Below, one piece after another: positions 27,670 through 37,263 of a stretch of DNA of 64,000 nt; within the stretch, counting starts at the first letter, position 1, and the number at the start of each line of letters is the position of its first letter. Both the position numbers and the translations under genes were made by a program. The notes under the pieces were generated by a model. That model was not told where the DNA came from. It made no database searches and saw only the letters and a program-made list of their open reading frames with translations. Location: contig PLYP01000005.1 of the NCBI GenBank assembly GCA_003153395.1, forward strand, positions 21,701 through 85,700. Reading direction: 5' to 3'. This DNA comes from Candidatus Saccharimonadota bacterium (lineage in GTDB: Bacteria; Patescibacteriota; Saccharimonadia; Saccharimonadales; UBA4665).

Positions 27670-29502
27670 CTATTTATTGTTTTGGCGTTTTCTAAGTCTA
27701 GGATCTAATTCTTTTTTTCTTAATCTGAGGTTTTTGGGTGTAACTTCTAAGAGTTCATCGTTTTCAATAAAGTCCAGGCACTCCTCTAGGCTGAAGATAA
27801 TTGGAGGAGTTAACTGTACGACTCCGTCTGATGATGAGCTACGCATGTTAGTTAGGTGCTTAGCCTTACAAACATTGATCTCCATATCCTCTTGTCTAGA
27901 ATTTAAGCCGACAATCTGGCCGGCATACACTTTTTCGGCAGGACCTACGAAGCAATTACCACGTTCTTCGGCAGTTTGAAGGGCGTACGGCGTAGTAGTT
28001 CCAGTTTCAAAGGCAATTAATACGCCGTTTCTAATTTGTTTCAGCTGACTCGTTATAGCTTCATAGCCAATTGTCAGGCTGTTCATAATTACGGTTCCTT
28101 TAGTATTAGTCATAAGAATGTTTCTTATTCCGAGAGCCGACCTAGTAGGTAGTTCATAAATAAGCTTAGTAACGCCTTTATTACTCGCAAACTGCTCTTT
28201 TAGGACAGCTTTTCGCTGGCCTAACTCCATCTGTACGGTACCGACATGTTCAGCAGGAACCTCAATAATTAATTCCTCGATCGGTTCAACTTCAATACCG
28301 TTTTCCACATGTGTTACTACTTGAGGTCGCCCTACTTCAAATTCAAATCCTTCACGGCGCATTGTCTCAATTAACACGCTAAGATGCAGTTCTCCTCGAC
28401 CGCTAACAACGTAACCTATTCCGTCATCTTCCACTTTTAGACCAACATTAGTTTCTAGTTCTTTAGTTAGTCTTTCGCCTATTTGTCGACTAGTCGTAAA
28501 TTCACCTTCTTTACCTTTAAATGGGCTAGTATTAGGACCAAGATAAATTTTTAAAGTTGGAGATTCAATTTCGAGAACAGGTAGTGCTTCAGGTTCATCA
28601 AAATCTGCAATTGTTTCGCCTATTTGTACGTTATCTATGCCAGTTAGTTGGACTATATCTCCCGCTACACCTATTTGCACTTCAGATTTACTTAAACCAT
28701 GGCTCATGTAGATACTGTCGACTTTACCTTTAAGGGTTGATCCGTCTTTTTTGCAAATGCTTATTTTATCTCCAGCATTTACTTTTCCCCTGGTAATTCG
28801 TCCTATGGCATACTTTCCCTTAAAGCTATCCCAGTTTAAGGCGGTAATAAGCATTTGAAAGGGTTTATCTAGCTCAATTGACGGAGCTGGAATGTCGCTT
28901 ATTATGGCTTCGAATAATACGCTTAAGTCAGCCTCTACGCCAGGGTCACTAGGTGGTTTAACCCATGCCTTACCTTCTCTGCCCACAGAAAAATATATTG
29001 GGTAATGCAGTTGATCTTCATGTACTGCAAGTTCTAGAAATAAATCTGCTAGTTCGTCTTCAACTTCTGAAAGCCTTGATCCCGGTTTATCTATTTTATT
29101 AATTATTACAATTGGCTTAAGTTCTGAAGCTAGCGCTTTGCCAAGCACAAATTTTGTCTGCGGCATTGGACCTTCTTGAGCATCCACGATGAGTAGGCAA
29201 CCATCTGCCATATTTAATGTTCGTTCTACTTCACCGCTGAAATCTGCATGTCCAGGTGTGTCTATAATGTTAATCCTGTAGTCTTCATGCTGAACCGCCG
29301 TAACTTTAGCAGTAATAGTAATCCCGCGCTCCCTTTCTTGGTCACCGCTGTCCATGATTAGGTCCTGGCTCATTTCAGCCTGATTGTCACGAAAAGTTTT
29401 GGACTGCTTTAGAAGACCATCTACTAGTGTGGTTTTTCCATGATCAACATGGGCAATAACGGCAATGTTCCGAATTTTCGTCGGGTCTTGTACTTTTGAC
29501 AT
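27670..29502 (-). CDS. typA: translational GTPase TypA/BipA
   Basis: [32 protein letters not shown], and full-length similarity to the BipA architecture. Confidence 0.95.
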   Translation of the reverse strand: MSKVQDPTKIRNIAVIAHVDHGKTTLVDGLLKQSKTFRDNQAEMSQDLIMDSGDQERERGITITAKVTAVQHEDYRINIIDTPGHADFSGEVERTLNMADGCLLIVDAQEGPMPQTKFVLGKALASELKPIVIINKIDKPGSRLSEVEDELADLFLELAVHEDQLHYPIYFSVGREGKAWVKPPSDPGVEADLSVLFEAIISDIPAPSIELDKPFQMLITALNWDSFKGKYAIGRITRGKVNAGDKISICKKDGSTLKGKVDSIYMSHGLSKSEVQIGVAGDIVQLTGIDNVQIGETIADFDEPEALPVLEIESPTLKIYLGPNTSPFKGKEGEFTTSRQIGERLTKELETNVGLKVEDDGIGYVVSGRGELHLSVLIETMRREGFEFEVGRPQVVTHVENGIEVEPIEELIIEVPAEHVGTVQMELGQRKAVLKEQFASNKGVTKLIYELPTRSALGIRNILMTNTKGTVIMNSLTIGYEAITSQLKQIRNGVLIAFETGTTTPYALQTAEERGNCFVGPAEKVYAGQIVGLNSRQEDMEINVCKAKHLTNMRSSSSDGVVQLTPPIIFSLEECLDFIENDELLEVTPKNLRLRKKELDPRLRKRQNNK

Positions 29503-29833
29503 AAAATTAAGCGCCTCAATTCAGCGCCCCCTTCTTCTTTGCTCTATTATAGCATAAGAATAAAGTATTTACCAGATAAGGAGGCTTTGGAAGCATCAAT
29601 GTACCTGGTTATTTAGGTATCGCTTAGATTTTCATTTGTTTAAAAAATCTATCTGTAAAACTAAATCCGTATAGTCTTATTAGCTACTTATGCTTTATTT
29701 TGTGGCAATTCTATGCTATAGTTATGTTTAGCTGTTTTTCTTGAATCCAAGTTATTAGTGACAAACGTAGTACCTAGGCTTCAAATAAGGGCAAGAAGTA
29801 CTACAAATTAATAACGAAAAGGATTCTATTTTT

Positions 29834-30988
29834 ATGTACAAATCAAGTAATTATAAACGTCGATCACGACCAAGTCGCGGTGGACAACGAATTGACTCTA
29901 GTCGATTTATTAAATCTGCACGTCCAATTGCACAAAGCGAATATACGCCGCAGTATAAATTTGACGACTTTGAGCTACATTCCACACTAAAGCATAATTT
30001 GGCTAACAGAGGATTTATTAATCCTACCCAAATTCAAGATAAAACTATTCCCTTCGCACTAAATGGTAGCGATATTATAGGTGTATCTAACACAGGAACT
30101 GGTAAAACAATGGCCTTTCTATTGCCACTGCTTCATAAAATGATGAGTCAGCCAAACCAAAGAACACTAATAGTTGCTCCAACCAGGGAGCTTGCACTAC
30201 AAATTGAAGAAGAATGCCGTGTACTAGCCAAGGGTAGCGGTCTTTTCGGAGTGCTGCTTATTGGCGGAGTTCCTATGGGACCACAACTAAGAGATCTTAG
30301 ACAAACTCCAAATGTGATAATTGGTACTCCCGGAAGAATCAGGGACCATATAGAACGCGGTTCCTTAAAGCTAAATAATGTTTCTTCAGTTGTACTTGAT
30401 GAGGTTGACCGCATGCTTGATATGGGTTTTATTGTAGATATTAAATTCATTTTGAGTAAGCTTCCGCTTCAGCGTCAATCACAATTCTTTTCTGCGACTA
30501 TTAGTCCAAGCATCGAACAACTGATTCACGACTTTACCAAGGAACCTATTTCTGTAAGCGCTAAAACTAGTGAAACTAGTGATAATGTTGAACAAACGGT
30601 CCAGCACTACGCAGCTAACTCAGAAAAGATGGAAAAACTTCACGGACTTCTTTTAAGTGATCAAGTCGAGAAAACACTTATATTCAGTGAGACTAAACGA
30701 TCCGTTGAAAAATTAAGCCAGGATCTAGTTGATCGAGGCTTTATGGCTGATGCAATGCACGGCAATAAGTCGCAGGCCCAAAGACAACGGGCACTTAAAA
30801 AGTTTAGGGACAGCCATATTAATATCCTGGTTGCTACGGACGTTGCAGCCCGTGGAATCGATGTTGACGGTATAACTCATGTCATTAATTATGACGTGCC
30901 CAGAACCTATAACGATTACACTCACCGTATTGGTAGAGCCGGAAGAGCCGGTAGCAAAGGTTACGCAGTTACTTTTGTAGCTCGTTAA
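29834..30988 (+). CDS. DEAD-box ATP-dependent RNA helicase (motif II is DEVD)
   Basis: Q-motif region, motif I NTGTGKT, PTRELA, motif II VLDEVDRM, SAT, motif VI HRIGRAGRAG. Arg-rich N-terminal extension. Confidence 0.92.
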   Translation: MYKSSNYKRRSRPSRGGQRIDSSRFIKSARPIAQSEYTPQYKFDDFELHSTLKHNLANRGFINPTQIQDKTIPFALNGSDIIGVSNTGTGKTMAFLLPLLHKMMSQPNQRTLIVAPTRELALQIEEECRVLAKGSGLFGVLLIGGVPMGPQLRDLRQTPNVIIGTPGRIRDHIERGSLKLNNVSSVVLDEVDRMLDMGFIVDIKFILSKLPLQRQSQFFSATISPSIEQLIHDFTKEPISVSAKTSETSDNVEQTVQHYAANSEKMEKLHGLLLSDQVEKTLIFSETKRSVEKLSQDLVDRGFMADAMHGNKSQAQRQRALKKFRDSHINILVATDVAARGIDVDGITHVINYDVPRTYNDYTHRIGRAGRAGSKGYAVTFVAR

Positions 30989-31005
30989 TTCAATAATTTT
31001 AGACT

Positions 31006-31506
31006 ATGTATCATCATATAATTAGTAAAAGCGGAGAGAATAAATATGACGTGTATGTGAATCTTATAGCTTCACCTGCTGGTTCATATATAAACCGCTT
31101 TCCTTATATTATTAATCTAGCAAAAGAACTGCTAGCTGCGACTAAACTTAAAGGCGACTACGTAGCATTCGATAAAGATATGGGTCGAATAATTGGGACT
31201 ACGAATATTATAGATACCACAGATAAGGATTCAGTATATTATGCCCAGTCGCATAAGAGAAAGATCTACATGCCGTATGCTAAGAACAGGCAGCCCGTGG
31301 AAAGTAATAAGCTGAGTGTAATATTAAAGCGAGACGAGAACGGCAATTACGAATTATCCGATATTTGGATAGGACCATGCAGTCCGCCATTTCCTGGTGA
31401 AGACAAAGAGGCTTCTAACAGTAAAGATTACTGGCAGAGCCACGCCTTAATTCAGGACACGAAGTTTATAAAAACCAACACCATCACTAAGACTTGTCCG
31501 TACTAG
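31006..31506 (+). CDS. hypothetical protein
   Basis: 166-aa ORF starting 18 nt after the helicase stop. No motif recognised. Confidence 0.45.
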   Translation: MYHHIISKSGENKYDVYVNLIASPAGSYINRFPYIINLAKELLAATKLKGDYVAFDKDMGRIIGTTNIIDTTDKDSVYYAQSHKRKIYMPYAKNRQPVESNKLSVILKRDENGNYELSDIWIGPCSPPFPGEDKEASNSKDYWQSHALIQDTKFIKTNTITKTCPY

Positions 31507-31561
31507 TTAATTAACTAAAAGTACTAGCTTTTTGTCTTAATTTGTTGTATTATATACATAT

Positions 31562-32014
31562 ATGCGTGCCGGTGCTGTCAACCTAGGTCTTATTCCGTTA
31601 TTCTATGATTCTCTTCTGTGTGATTTCTATGTAGATTATCCAGAACAATCTGTACATAATCTAGGGCACTTAGCAATTGAAACTTTTCTTAAGAAAGAAA
31701 GATCATACGAACCTACTGCTGGATTTGGAAATATTAAGGGTCAGCAGTATAGATTAAGACCTGTCTGGGCACCACAAATTGAATCTACTATAAAATGCGT
31801 TATGGCGGGAGAATTTCCAACTCTAGCCGGCATATCCCTAAGACATACGAATAGTGATATGTTAACGATAGTCGCTGGAGGTAGTGATGTAACTGAAGCC
31901 CAAATTACGAGAAACGGTAAAATATCTACTCCCTTGGCGCTCGAATTGGGTGAGTCCCTGTCATTCGCTGCATCATATATCGCACAAGAAGCAGCTGATA
32001 TTATCAATTCCTAG
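31562..32014 (+). CDS. hypothetical protein
   Basis: 150-aa ORF on the same strand as the preceding gene. No motif recognised. Confidence 0.4.
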   Translation: MRAGAVNLGLIPLFYDSLLCDFYVDYPEQSVHNLGHLAIETFLKKERSYEPTAGFGNIKGQQYRLRPVWAPQIESTIKCVMAGEFPTLAGISLRHTNSDMLTIVAGGSDVTEAQITRNGKISTPLALELGESLSFAASYIAQEAADIINS

Positions 32015-32022
32015 AATAGAAA

Positions 32023-32595
32023 TTAATCAAGTACTTTAAGTTGTTGCAGTTCTTGTTTCAGTTCATCTGCACTGCCGTTATATAAAATACCTTTAATTCC
32101 AATGTCACTAGCTACTTTTACATTATTAATATTATCGTCAATGAAAACTGTATTTTCTGGGCTTGAATCCAAGACAGATAACGCGTGCATAAATATCTCA
32201 GGTGATGGTTTTGCTATTCCAACTTCGGCAGATACAATTATTTCATCAAATAGTTCGGTTAAATCATGTTTATTTAAAATTGATCTTATGTATTCACTGC
32301 TGGAGTTAGATAATAGTCCAATTTGATAAGAATCTTTAAGCACAATAATTAGATTAAGAATAACTATATCTAAATAGTTATCGTCCATAAATATGGCTTT
32401 TATGTCCTTGTAATCACGTCCAGTAGATTTACTGAGTCGTTGATAAAATTCATCATCACTAATATGGCCTAGATCAACTAAAAGCGAACTTTCCTCAAGT
32501 TCTTTTGTTTTTTGAAGGCCGTTTTCTCTAAGCCAAGTCTGATAAGGATCTCGGTGGATTACGTCAAAAAAGTCAAAGATAATTGTAGTTATCAT
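32023..32595 (-). CDS. HAD-superfamily hydrolase (subfamily IA-like)
   Basis: Motif II LLSNSS and motif IV FIDDNINNV. Motif I is atypical (IIFDFFDV instead of DxDGT). Confidence 0.7.
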   Translation of the reverse strand: MITTIIFDFFDVIHRDPYQTWLRENGLQKTKELEESSLLVDLGHISDDEFYQRLSKSTGRDYKDIKAIFMDDNYLDIVILNLIIVLKDSYQIGLLSNSSSEYIRSILNKHDLTELFDEIIVSAEVGIAKPSPEIFMHALSVLDSSPENTVFIDDNINNVKVASDIGIKGILYNGSADELKQELQQLKVLD

Positions 32596-32741
32596 AGGCC
32601 TTATAGTATATCAATAGTGATCCGTAGTAACCCTTAAATCTGCTCGGCAAAAACTATTACGCGCTGATTAAATAGTCTTATAGATATCTGTCCATATTGA
32701 ACAGACCGATTGGAGCCGGTTCAGACATTACGCATCTATTT

Positions 32742-32846
32742 CTACTTTGATGATTTAACTTTAACTCTAGATGGTTTTAATCGGTAAACGGCTAAAGTAA
32801 TAGCTGCAGATGCGACAGCAACGTATGGGAGTAATCTTATTATCAT
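32742..32846 (-). CDS. candidate 34-aa hydrophobic/basic peptide
   Basis: MIIRLLPYVAVASAAITLAVYRLKPSRVKVKSSK: one TM helix plus a Lys-rich tail. A near-consensus promoter lies 50-78 nt upstream. The SD is weak (GAGAA). Confidence 0.3.
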   Translation of the reverse strand: MIIRLLPYVAVASAAITLAVYRLKPSRVKVKSSK

Positions 32847-32895
32847 TTTAAAGTTTCTCGTTTTTTTATTTTTTAATTTTAACTAACTATTAGCT

Positions 32896-32924
32896 AATAT
32901 ATGCTAGTAAGCTACACCTGTCAA
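32896..32924 (-). promoter_or_regulatory. near-consensus sigma-70 promoter facing the mini-ORF
   Basis: Minus strand TTGACA (complement of 32919-32924), 17-nt spacer ggtgtagcttactagca, then TATATT (complement of 32896-32901). Confidence 0.5.
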
Positions 32925-32967
32925 CTTGGGAGTAAGCTAAGTATTAGCTTTTCTTATTGTATATTAA

Positions 32968-33807
32968 CTAGCTGCTTGTAGCGTGGGTTTCATACGCAGT
33001 AATAACGCTGCCAAAAATAACGAACATAAAGCCTAGAAGCATAACAAGCCACATGCCGCTTTTAACATTGTCACCAAGGAAGAATATCCCTAGAGCGCTA
33101 GGAACTGCTAGCTCAAATGTATAAAGGAAAGCATTAATCCTATTTACGCTGTCCCTTTGGAGCGACGCGGCTAAAAAGTATAGGCCTAAGGCACCATAAG
33201 CGATTAAAGAAACCGTCAGTGGTTGAAGTAGAGCGGCAAAACTGAAGTGCGTGATATTTATTATTCTTGATATTAAACCAGTAGCTCCGAAAGTAAGACC
33301 TGATAATGCAGCCAGAATAAGAGCGGAAAATTTATATTTATCTGCTTTAAGCATCAATAAACCAAATATTCCCATTGGAATAGGAAATAATTCAAGAATA
33401 ATCTTAAATAAGTGATTCACGCTCTTTGCTGCAGTCGGTTCTGCTATTGCTCCTAGCAAAATTACACCTATAACCACCGCAGCCATAGATATTTTCTCGT
33501 TTCTACTGCTTTTTACAGACATAAACAAACTAGCAATTATTGAACTAACTACTAGGCTTAGAGCTACGAATGATAAATCGAGAAAAAGCGGTAAATAACG
33601 AGCGGTTATTAAAAAGAATATCCAGCCAAAAATATCTAAAATAATACCAGCAAGATATGGGATTTGTTTAAATAAATCGTATAAATGCCTAAGGCTAAAA
33701 GACGAAATCTGCTTCTGACGTTTGGCGGCGATTTGCTCAAGTACTGTTGCGCTTCCGTAGCATAAAGCTGAAGCCATTCCGCTAATATAAGGGACTAAGT
33801 TTGTCAT
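32968..33807 (-). CDS. polytopic membrane protein (DMT/EamA-like transporter topology)
   Basis: 279 aa with about 9-10 TM helices. 4-nt overlap (ATGA) with the upstream gene. Confidence 0.5.
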   Translation of the reverse strand: MTNLVPYISGMASALCYGSATVLEQIAAKRQKQISSFSLRHLYDLFKQIPYLAGIILDIFGWIFFLITARYLPLFLDLSFVALSLVVSSIIASLFMSVKSSRNEKISMAAVVIGVILLGAIAEPTAAKSVNHLFKIILELFPIPMGIFGLLMLKADKYKFSALILAALSGLTFGATGLISRIINITHFSFAALLQPLTVSLIAYGALGLYFLAASLQRDSVNRINAFLYTFELAVPSALGIFFLGDNVKSGMWLVMLLGFMFVIFGSVITAYETHATSS

Positions 33808-34394
33808 TTTGCTTTTCTATATAAGTAATAGTATCGCATTATCACAGCATTATAACTTAGAGCAATTAGGCATGCGACTATAAGTGGAATAGAGGTGATT
33901 AATAGTGCATAAGTTATGGTGGTTAACATGGCAGCTAATGAAAAGAATAATGATCTTTCGGAAATGCCGCTTGTTCTTTTTGTAGTTATAACATGTAGCA
34001 CCCATGGAGCAGAAGCGGCAGCATTATATATAACACCAACCCAGCCCGAGAATGATGCATAGCTTAAGAGCAATATGCTAGTCAAAGGTCCAACAATTAT
34101 GATGCTTAATAAGCCTTTAAGAAATTGACGCTTATTGCCTAAGGTATAGGCGAGTGTCGTAGCGGTTATTATTAGCATCGTCGCATTGGTTACAACTGGC
34201 ACCCAAAGATGACGCGATGCAAAATATGTCATCCAAGCTATATTACCCGCTCCATTTAATGTTTGATTAGGCGCTGACAGTCCTTTTGTGTTCCTAGTTT
34301 TTAATAGTTTTCTAAGCTGTGAGGAATTGGAAGACAGCCAAAAGCCCTCTGCCGATATTATTAGAACATTCTCAACTAAAACGATGGTTGTCAT
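33804..34394 (-). CDS. polytopic membrane protein, unknown function
   Basis: 196 aa with about 6 TM helices. First gene of a two-gene membrane operon. Confidence 0.45.
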   Translation of the reverse strand: MTTIVLVENVLIISAEGFWLSSNSSQLRKLLKTRNTKGLSAPNQTLNGAGNIAWMTYFASRHLWVPVVTNATMLIITATTLAYTLGNKRQFLKGLLSIIIVGPLTSILLLSYASFSGWVGVIYNAAASAPWVLHVITTKRTSGISERSLFFSLAAMLTTITYALLITSIPLIVACLIALSYNAVIMRYYYLYRKAK

Positions 34395-34443
34395 TAAGAT
34401 TAAGCTTAGCAGAATTTGTTTATGCTTAAAGACTAATTAGTTT

Positions 34444-34475
34444 CATATACTAGCATACTAGTATGCTAGTATATG
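34444..34475. repeat. 32-bp perfect palindrome in a divergent intergenic region
   Basis: CATATACTAGCATACTAGTATGCTAGTATATG; all 16 pairs were checked by hand. Its last three bases are the ATG of the TrpC-like ORF. It contains TATACT (-10-like) on both strands. Confidence 0.95.
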
Positions 34476-35027
34476 GCTATGTACAAGGGTGTTGAAGTAT
34501 ACGGAGAAGTTAAAACTCATTCTCCTTTTGGATGGCAGTCCCAATATAGCTGGATGGAGCTATTTGAAATTGCTGAGGTAGTATCAGATGTTATATCAAT
34601 TCATACAGAAGCACCATGGAAGGGTTCCTTTAAGCTGTTAGAGCGGGCTAGAAGTTTAACAGAAAAAAAGATTCTAGCAAAAGGTATGTTTGTATCAGAT
34701 AAGGATATCCAAAGAGCGGTTGATATAGGAGCGGATTACGTTCTAGTTGTAGACAGATTACCTAAAATTCATTTAGATAAGTGTTTAATTGAATGGTCTA
34801 CTATTGAAGATCTCGGTAAGATGGCTACTGGCCAACGAGCGGTATGGAATAGTCGGATTCTTGAGACAGGCGAACGAAAAGTTGATACGTTTGATAAAGC
34901 CAGACAGATATTTCCCGGCTGGTTATGCCAAGCAAGTAATATCAGTAATCTAGATCAAATTAATTTAGCTGCCAACGCAGTGCTAATTGGAACAAATTTA
35001 CCACTACTTGCTAACCAGCTAGCCTAA
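34473..35027 (+). CDS. truncated indole-3-glycerol-phosphate synthase (TrpC)-like TIM-barrel protein
   Basis: Block similarity to IGPS: EVKTHSP (EFKxxSPS), ISIHTEAPWKGSFKLL (ISVLTE..F.GS), ILAKGMF (LRKDF), DIGADYVLVV (GADAILLI), LIEWS (VEVH), VWNSR (INNR), QASNI (ESGI), ANAVLIG. Only 184 aa against about 250 aa for canonical IGPS. Confidence 0.6.
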   Translation: MAMYKGVEVYGEVKTHSPFGWQSQYSWMELFEIAEVVSDVISIHTEAPWKGSFKLLERARSLTEKKILAKGMFVSDKDIQRAVDIGADYVLVVDRLPKIHLDKCLIEWSTIEDLGKMATGQRAVWNSRILETGERKVDTFDKARQIFPGWLCQASNISNLDQINLAANAVLIGTNLPLLANQLA

Positions 35028-35038
35028 TTAGATTTATC

Positions 35039-35425
35039 TTAAACAGGAATTAAGAATGCCGGTAATTTAAAATTTCGGATTCTTCTATGATTTGGTTCAG
35101 GAGATATAGGCTGTGGCTCTAAAGCAGGTGGGCTCTCTCCTGGATTAAATACTGTTAGTTCAACTCCGGCTTTTCTTAGTGCGTCCTCTAGTTTTACTCT
35201 TTCTGATTTAAACCTATCTGGGGTCGTTTCGCCGAAACTGTAAAATCTACTTACTGTCTCTCCATAAGATACATCACCAAAACCAATAACAACTAGCTCG
35301 GCACCTTTTATTGCAGCTTCGCATCTCGTGCAAATATCTTCGGGGACTGTTTCATCGATCGGACTTGGTACAAGTCTTAGGCTACGTTGTTCGCTGTTAA
35401 CGTCTTGAAGTAGTTGGAAGCCCAT
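35039..35425 (-). CDS. hypothetical protein
   Basis: 128-aa ORF. No motif recognised. Confidence 0.4.
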   Translation of the reverse strand: MGFQLLQDVNSEQRSLRLVPSPIDETVPEDICTRCEAAIKGAELVVIGFGDVSYGETVSRFYSFGETTPDRFKSERVKLEDALRKAGVELTVFNPGESPPALEPQPISPEPNHRRIRNFKLPAFLIPV

Positions 35426-35668
35426 AATGCTTATTAATTAATCTGTACACGGTAAGGTATATACCCCTATCTTCTATTTGTCAAGTACTTAACTTTTATT
35501 ATGGAGAACTCGTAACTACTGGTCCTAATGGCTTATTGTCGAGCAAGAACTACAAGCTTTTAACTGTCACTGGATTAGTAGCTTACGCTAGAATTGAGAT
35601 CATAGTTAAAATATCGCTATGTAGAGTAAAAATGTCATGTTACCGTAAGTTTTTAAGAGGAGCATATT

Positions 35669-36058
35669 ATGTTTGATTATTCAAAAGCATATAGCGGCTT
35701 TTCAGTAAGTGACATTGCTGAAGCAAAAGAGTTTTACCACGGCAAACTTGGCATTGAGTTTGAAGAACAGCCATTGGTACTTATGGTACTTAAACTTAAA
35801 ATAGATGGCTCAAACGGAATATTTATATATCAAAAAGAAAATCACGAGCCGGCAACCTTCACAGTTCTCAACTTCCCAGTAGCCAATATTGAAGAAGCAG
35901 TCAATAAACTAACAAGTAAGAATATAGCTATCGAACATTACGAAGGACTCACGGGAGATGATGGTATAGCCAGGGGAATTGCCAATAATAGAGGGCCAGA
36001 TATAGCTTGGTTTAAAGATCCGTCTGGCAATATTCTGTCTGTACTTCAACAAACATAA
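35669..36058 (+). CDS. VOC family protein (glyoxalase/bleomycin-resistance fold)
   Basis: FSVSDIAEAKEFYHGKLG N-terminal pattern and WFKDPSGNILSV C-terminal pattern. SD AAGAGGAG. Confidence 0.8.
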   Translation: MFDYSKAYSGFSVSDIAEAKEFYHGKLGIEFEEQPLVLMVLKLKIDGSNGIFIYQKENHEPATFTVLNFPVANIEEAVNKLTSKNIAIEHYEGLTGDDGIARGIANNRGPDIAWFKDPSGNILSVLQQT

Positions 36059-36077
36059 ATTAATTTTTATATTTTTA

Positions 36078-37115
36078 CTATGTGTTTCCGTAAGTAGAAG
36101 GGCCATGTTCTTCGGATACAGAATAGCGCATAAGCACTCTTTTTAATCCATCTGCAATTATCTCAGCGGCTGATATAACCACTAATTGATTTGATCCGTT
36201 TTCTCCAAGTATCTGCTCGTCCCTACTAGATATTGGTAATGTGTCAGTTACGAAAACTTTAGTTATATTTGTGCCTTCTATTCTCTCAGCTGTCTCCGCT
36301 GAAGAAACAAAATGAGTAGCAGCCACATATTGCACTACCGCACCTGAATTATCCATTGTTTGAGATGCTGACTTCAAGGTCGAGGCAGTACCAATCATAT
36401 CTTCCAGCATTAGTGCACCAAATCCATCTAAGCCTTCTACATATTCTTGATGAGAAACTTCTTCCTTATCGTGTGGTCTGATCTTAGATAAATCTACAAA
36501 ACCTACTCCTAAATCATCTGCATGTTTTTCTGCCACTTTGGAGTGACCTTTATCAGGAGAAACGACTTTGAAATTTATATCTGGATGTTCTTCAATTATT
36601 TTTGCAAACATTCTGCTTAACAACCCTTGCGCGCTTATTCTGTGTGCATTAGCGGGTTTAACAGCGTTATATAGTCGCTCTTCGTGCAGATCTACGCCCA
36701 TAAAATCAGTGATCCCAGCGGTTCCGATTAAATCAAAATTTAAGGCGCCGGTAACTGCTTCACGTGGCCTTGTAGACCTATCCTGCCGCGCCCCCATAAA
36801 ATATGGGGCAACCATAATTACTCTTTCTGTGTCTTCTCTTGTGGCGGCATCGAGCATTAACAAATGAGTATGAAAAGCATCGGCAGTTGAGCGCCCACTG
36901 ACCGCTGCATGAGACTGAAAAGCTATCACTAGTTTTCCGCGTATAGATTCTTCATACCTTACTCTAACTTCAGAATCTGCAAATCGGGTAAATTCCATCG
37001 GCCATAAATCTACTCCAAGATGTGCAGCAACATCTATTCCCAGCTGTTCATTAGCTGGACCATTTGCAAAAGCAACTTGAGATGCAATACGTTTAGGTAA
37101 TTTCTCAGTTGTCAT
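36078..37115 (-). CDS. prs: ribose-phosphate pyrophosphokinase (PRPP synthetase), divergent
   Basis: FANGP..., FADSEVRVRYEESIRGK, VAPYFMGARQDR, and a PRPP loop variant MLEDMIGTASTL. Confidence 0.85.
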   Translation of the reverse strand: MTTEKLPKRIASQVAFANGPANEQLGIDVAAHLGVDLWPMEFTRFADSEVRVRYEESIRGKLVIAFQSHAAVSGRSTADAFHTHLLMLDAATREDTERVIMVAPYFMGARQDRSTRPREAVTGALNFDLIGTAGITDFMGVDLHEERLYNAVKPANAHRISAQGLLSRMFAKIIEEHPDINFKVVSPDKGHSKVAEKHADDLGVGFVDLSKIRPHDKEEVSHQEYVEGLDGFGALMLEDMIGTASTLKSASQTMDNSGAVVQYVAATHFVSSAETAERIEGTNITKVFVTDTLPISSRDEQILGENGSNQLVVISAAEIIADGLKRVLMRYSVSEEHGPSTYGNT

Positions 37116-37263
37116 TTAAACGTCTCTTCAATATATGTCTCTCATTGAATAAAATATTAATATAATTGTAGAACATTATAGGTGTTAAATCAACTTTATT
37201 TAGCAATAAGCATTACTGATATGAATGCAGGCTTATTAATGAATTCAAAATATTATCTAAAGT

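Noticed and set aside
27641-27979. 112-aa plus-strand ORF, and other antisense ORFs within typA, glmM, ahcY, metal-transporter and ABC genes
   Set aside because: They are all antisense to genes with strong family signatures and have no motifs of their own.
37116-37263. Inverted repeat AATAAGC/GCTTATT between the DUF998 gene and prs, considered as a terminator
   Set aside because: It has a 19-nt loop and no U-tract on either strand. The evidence is too weak to call.
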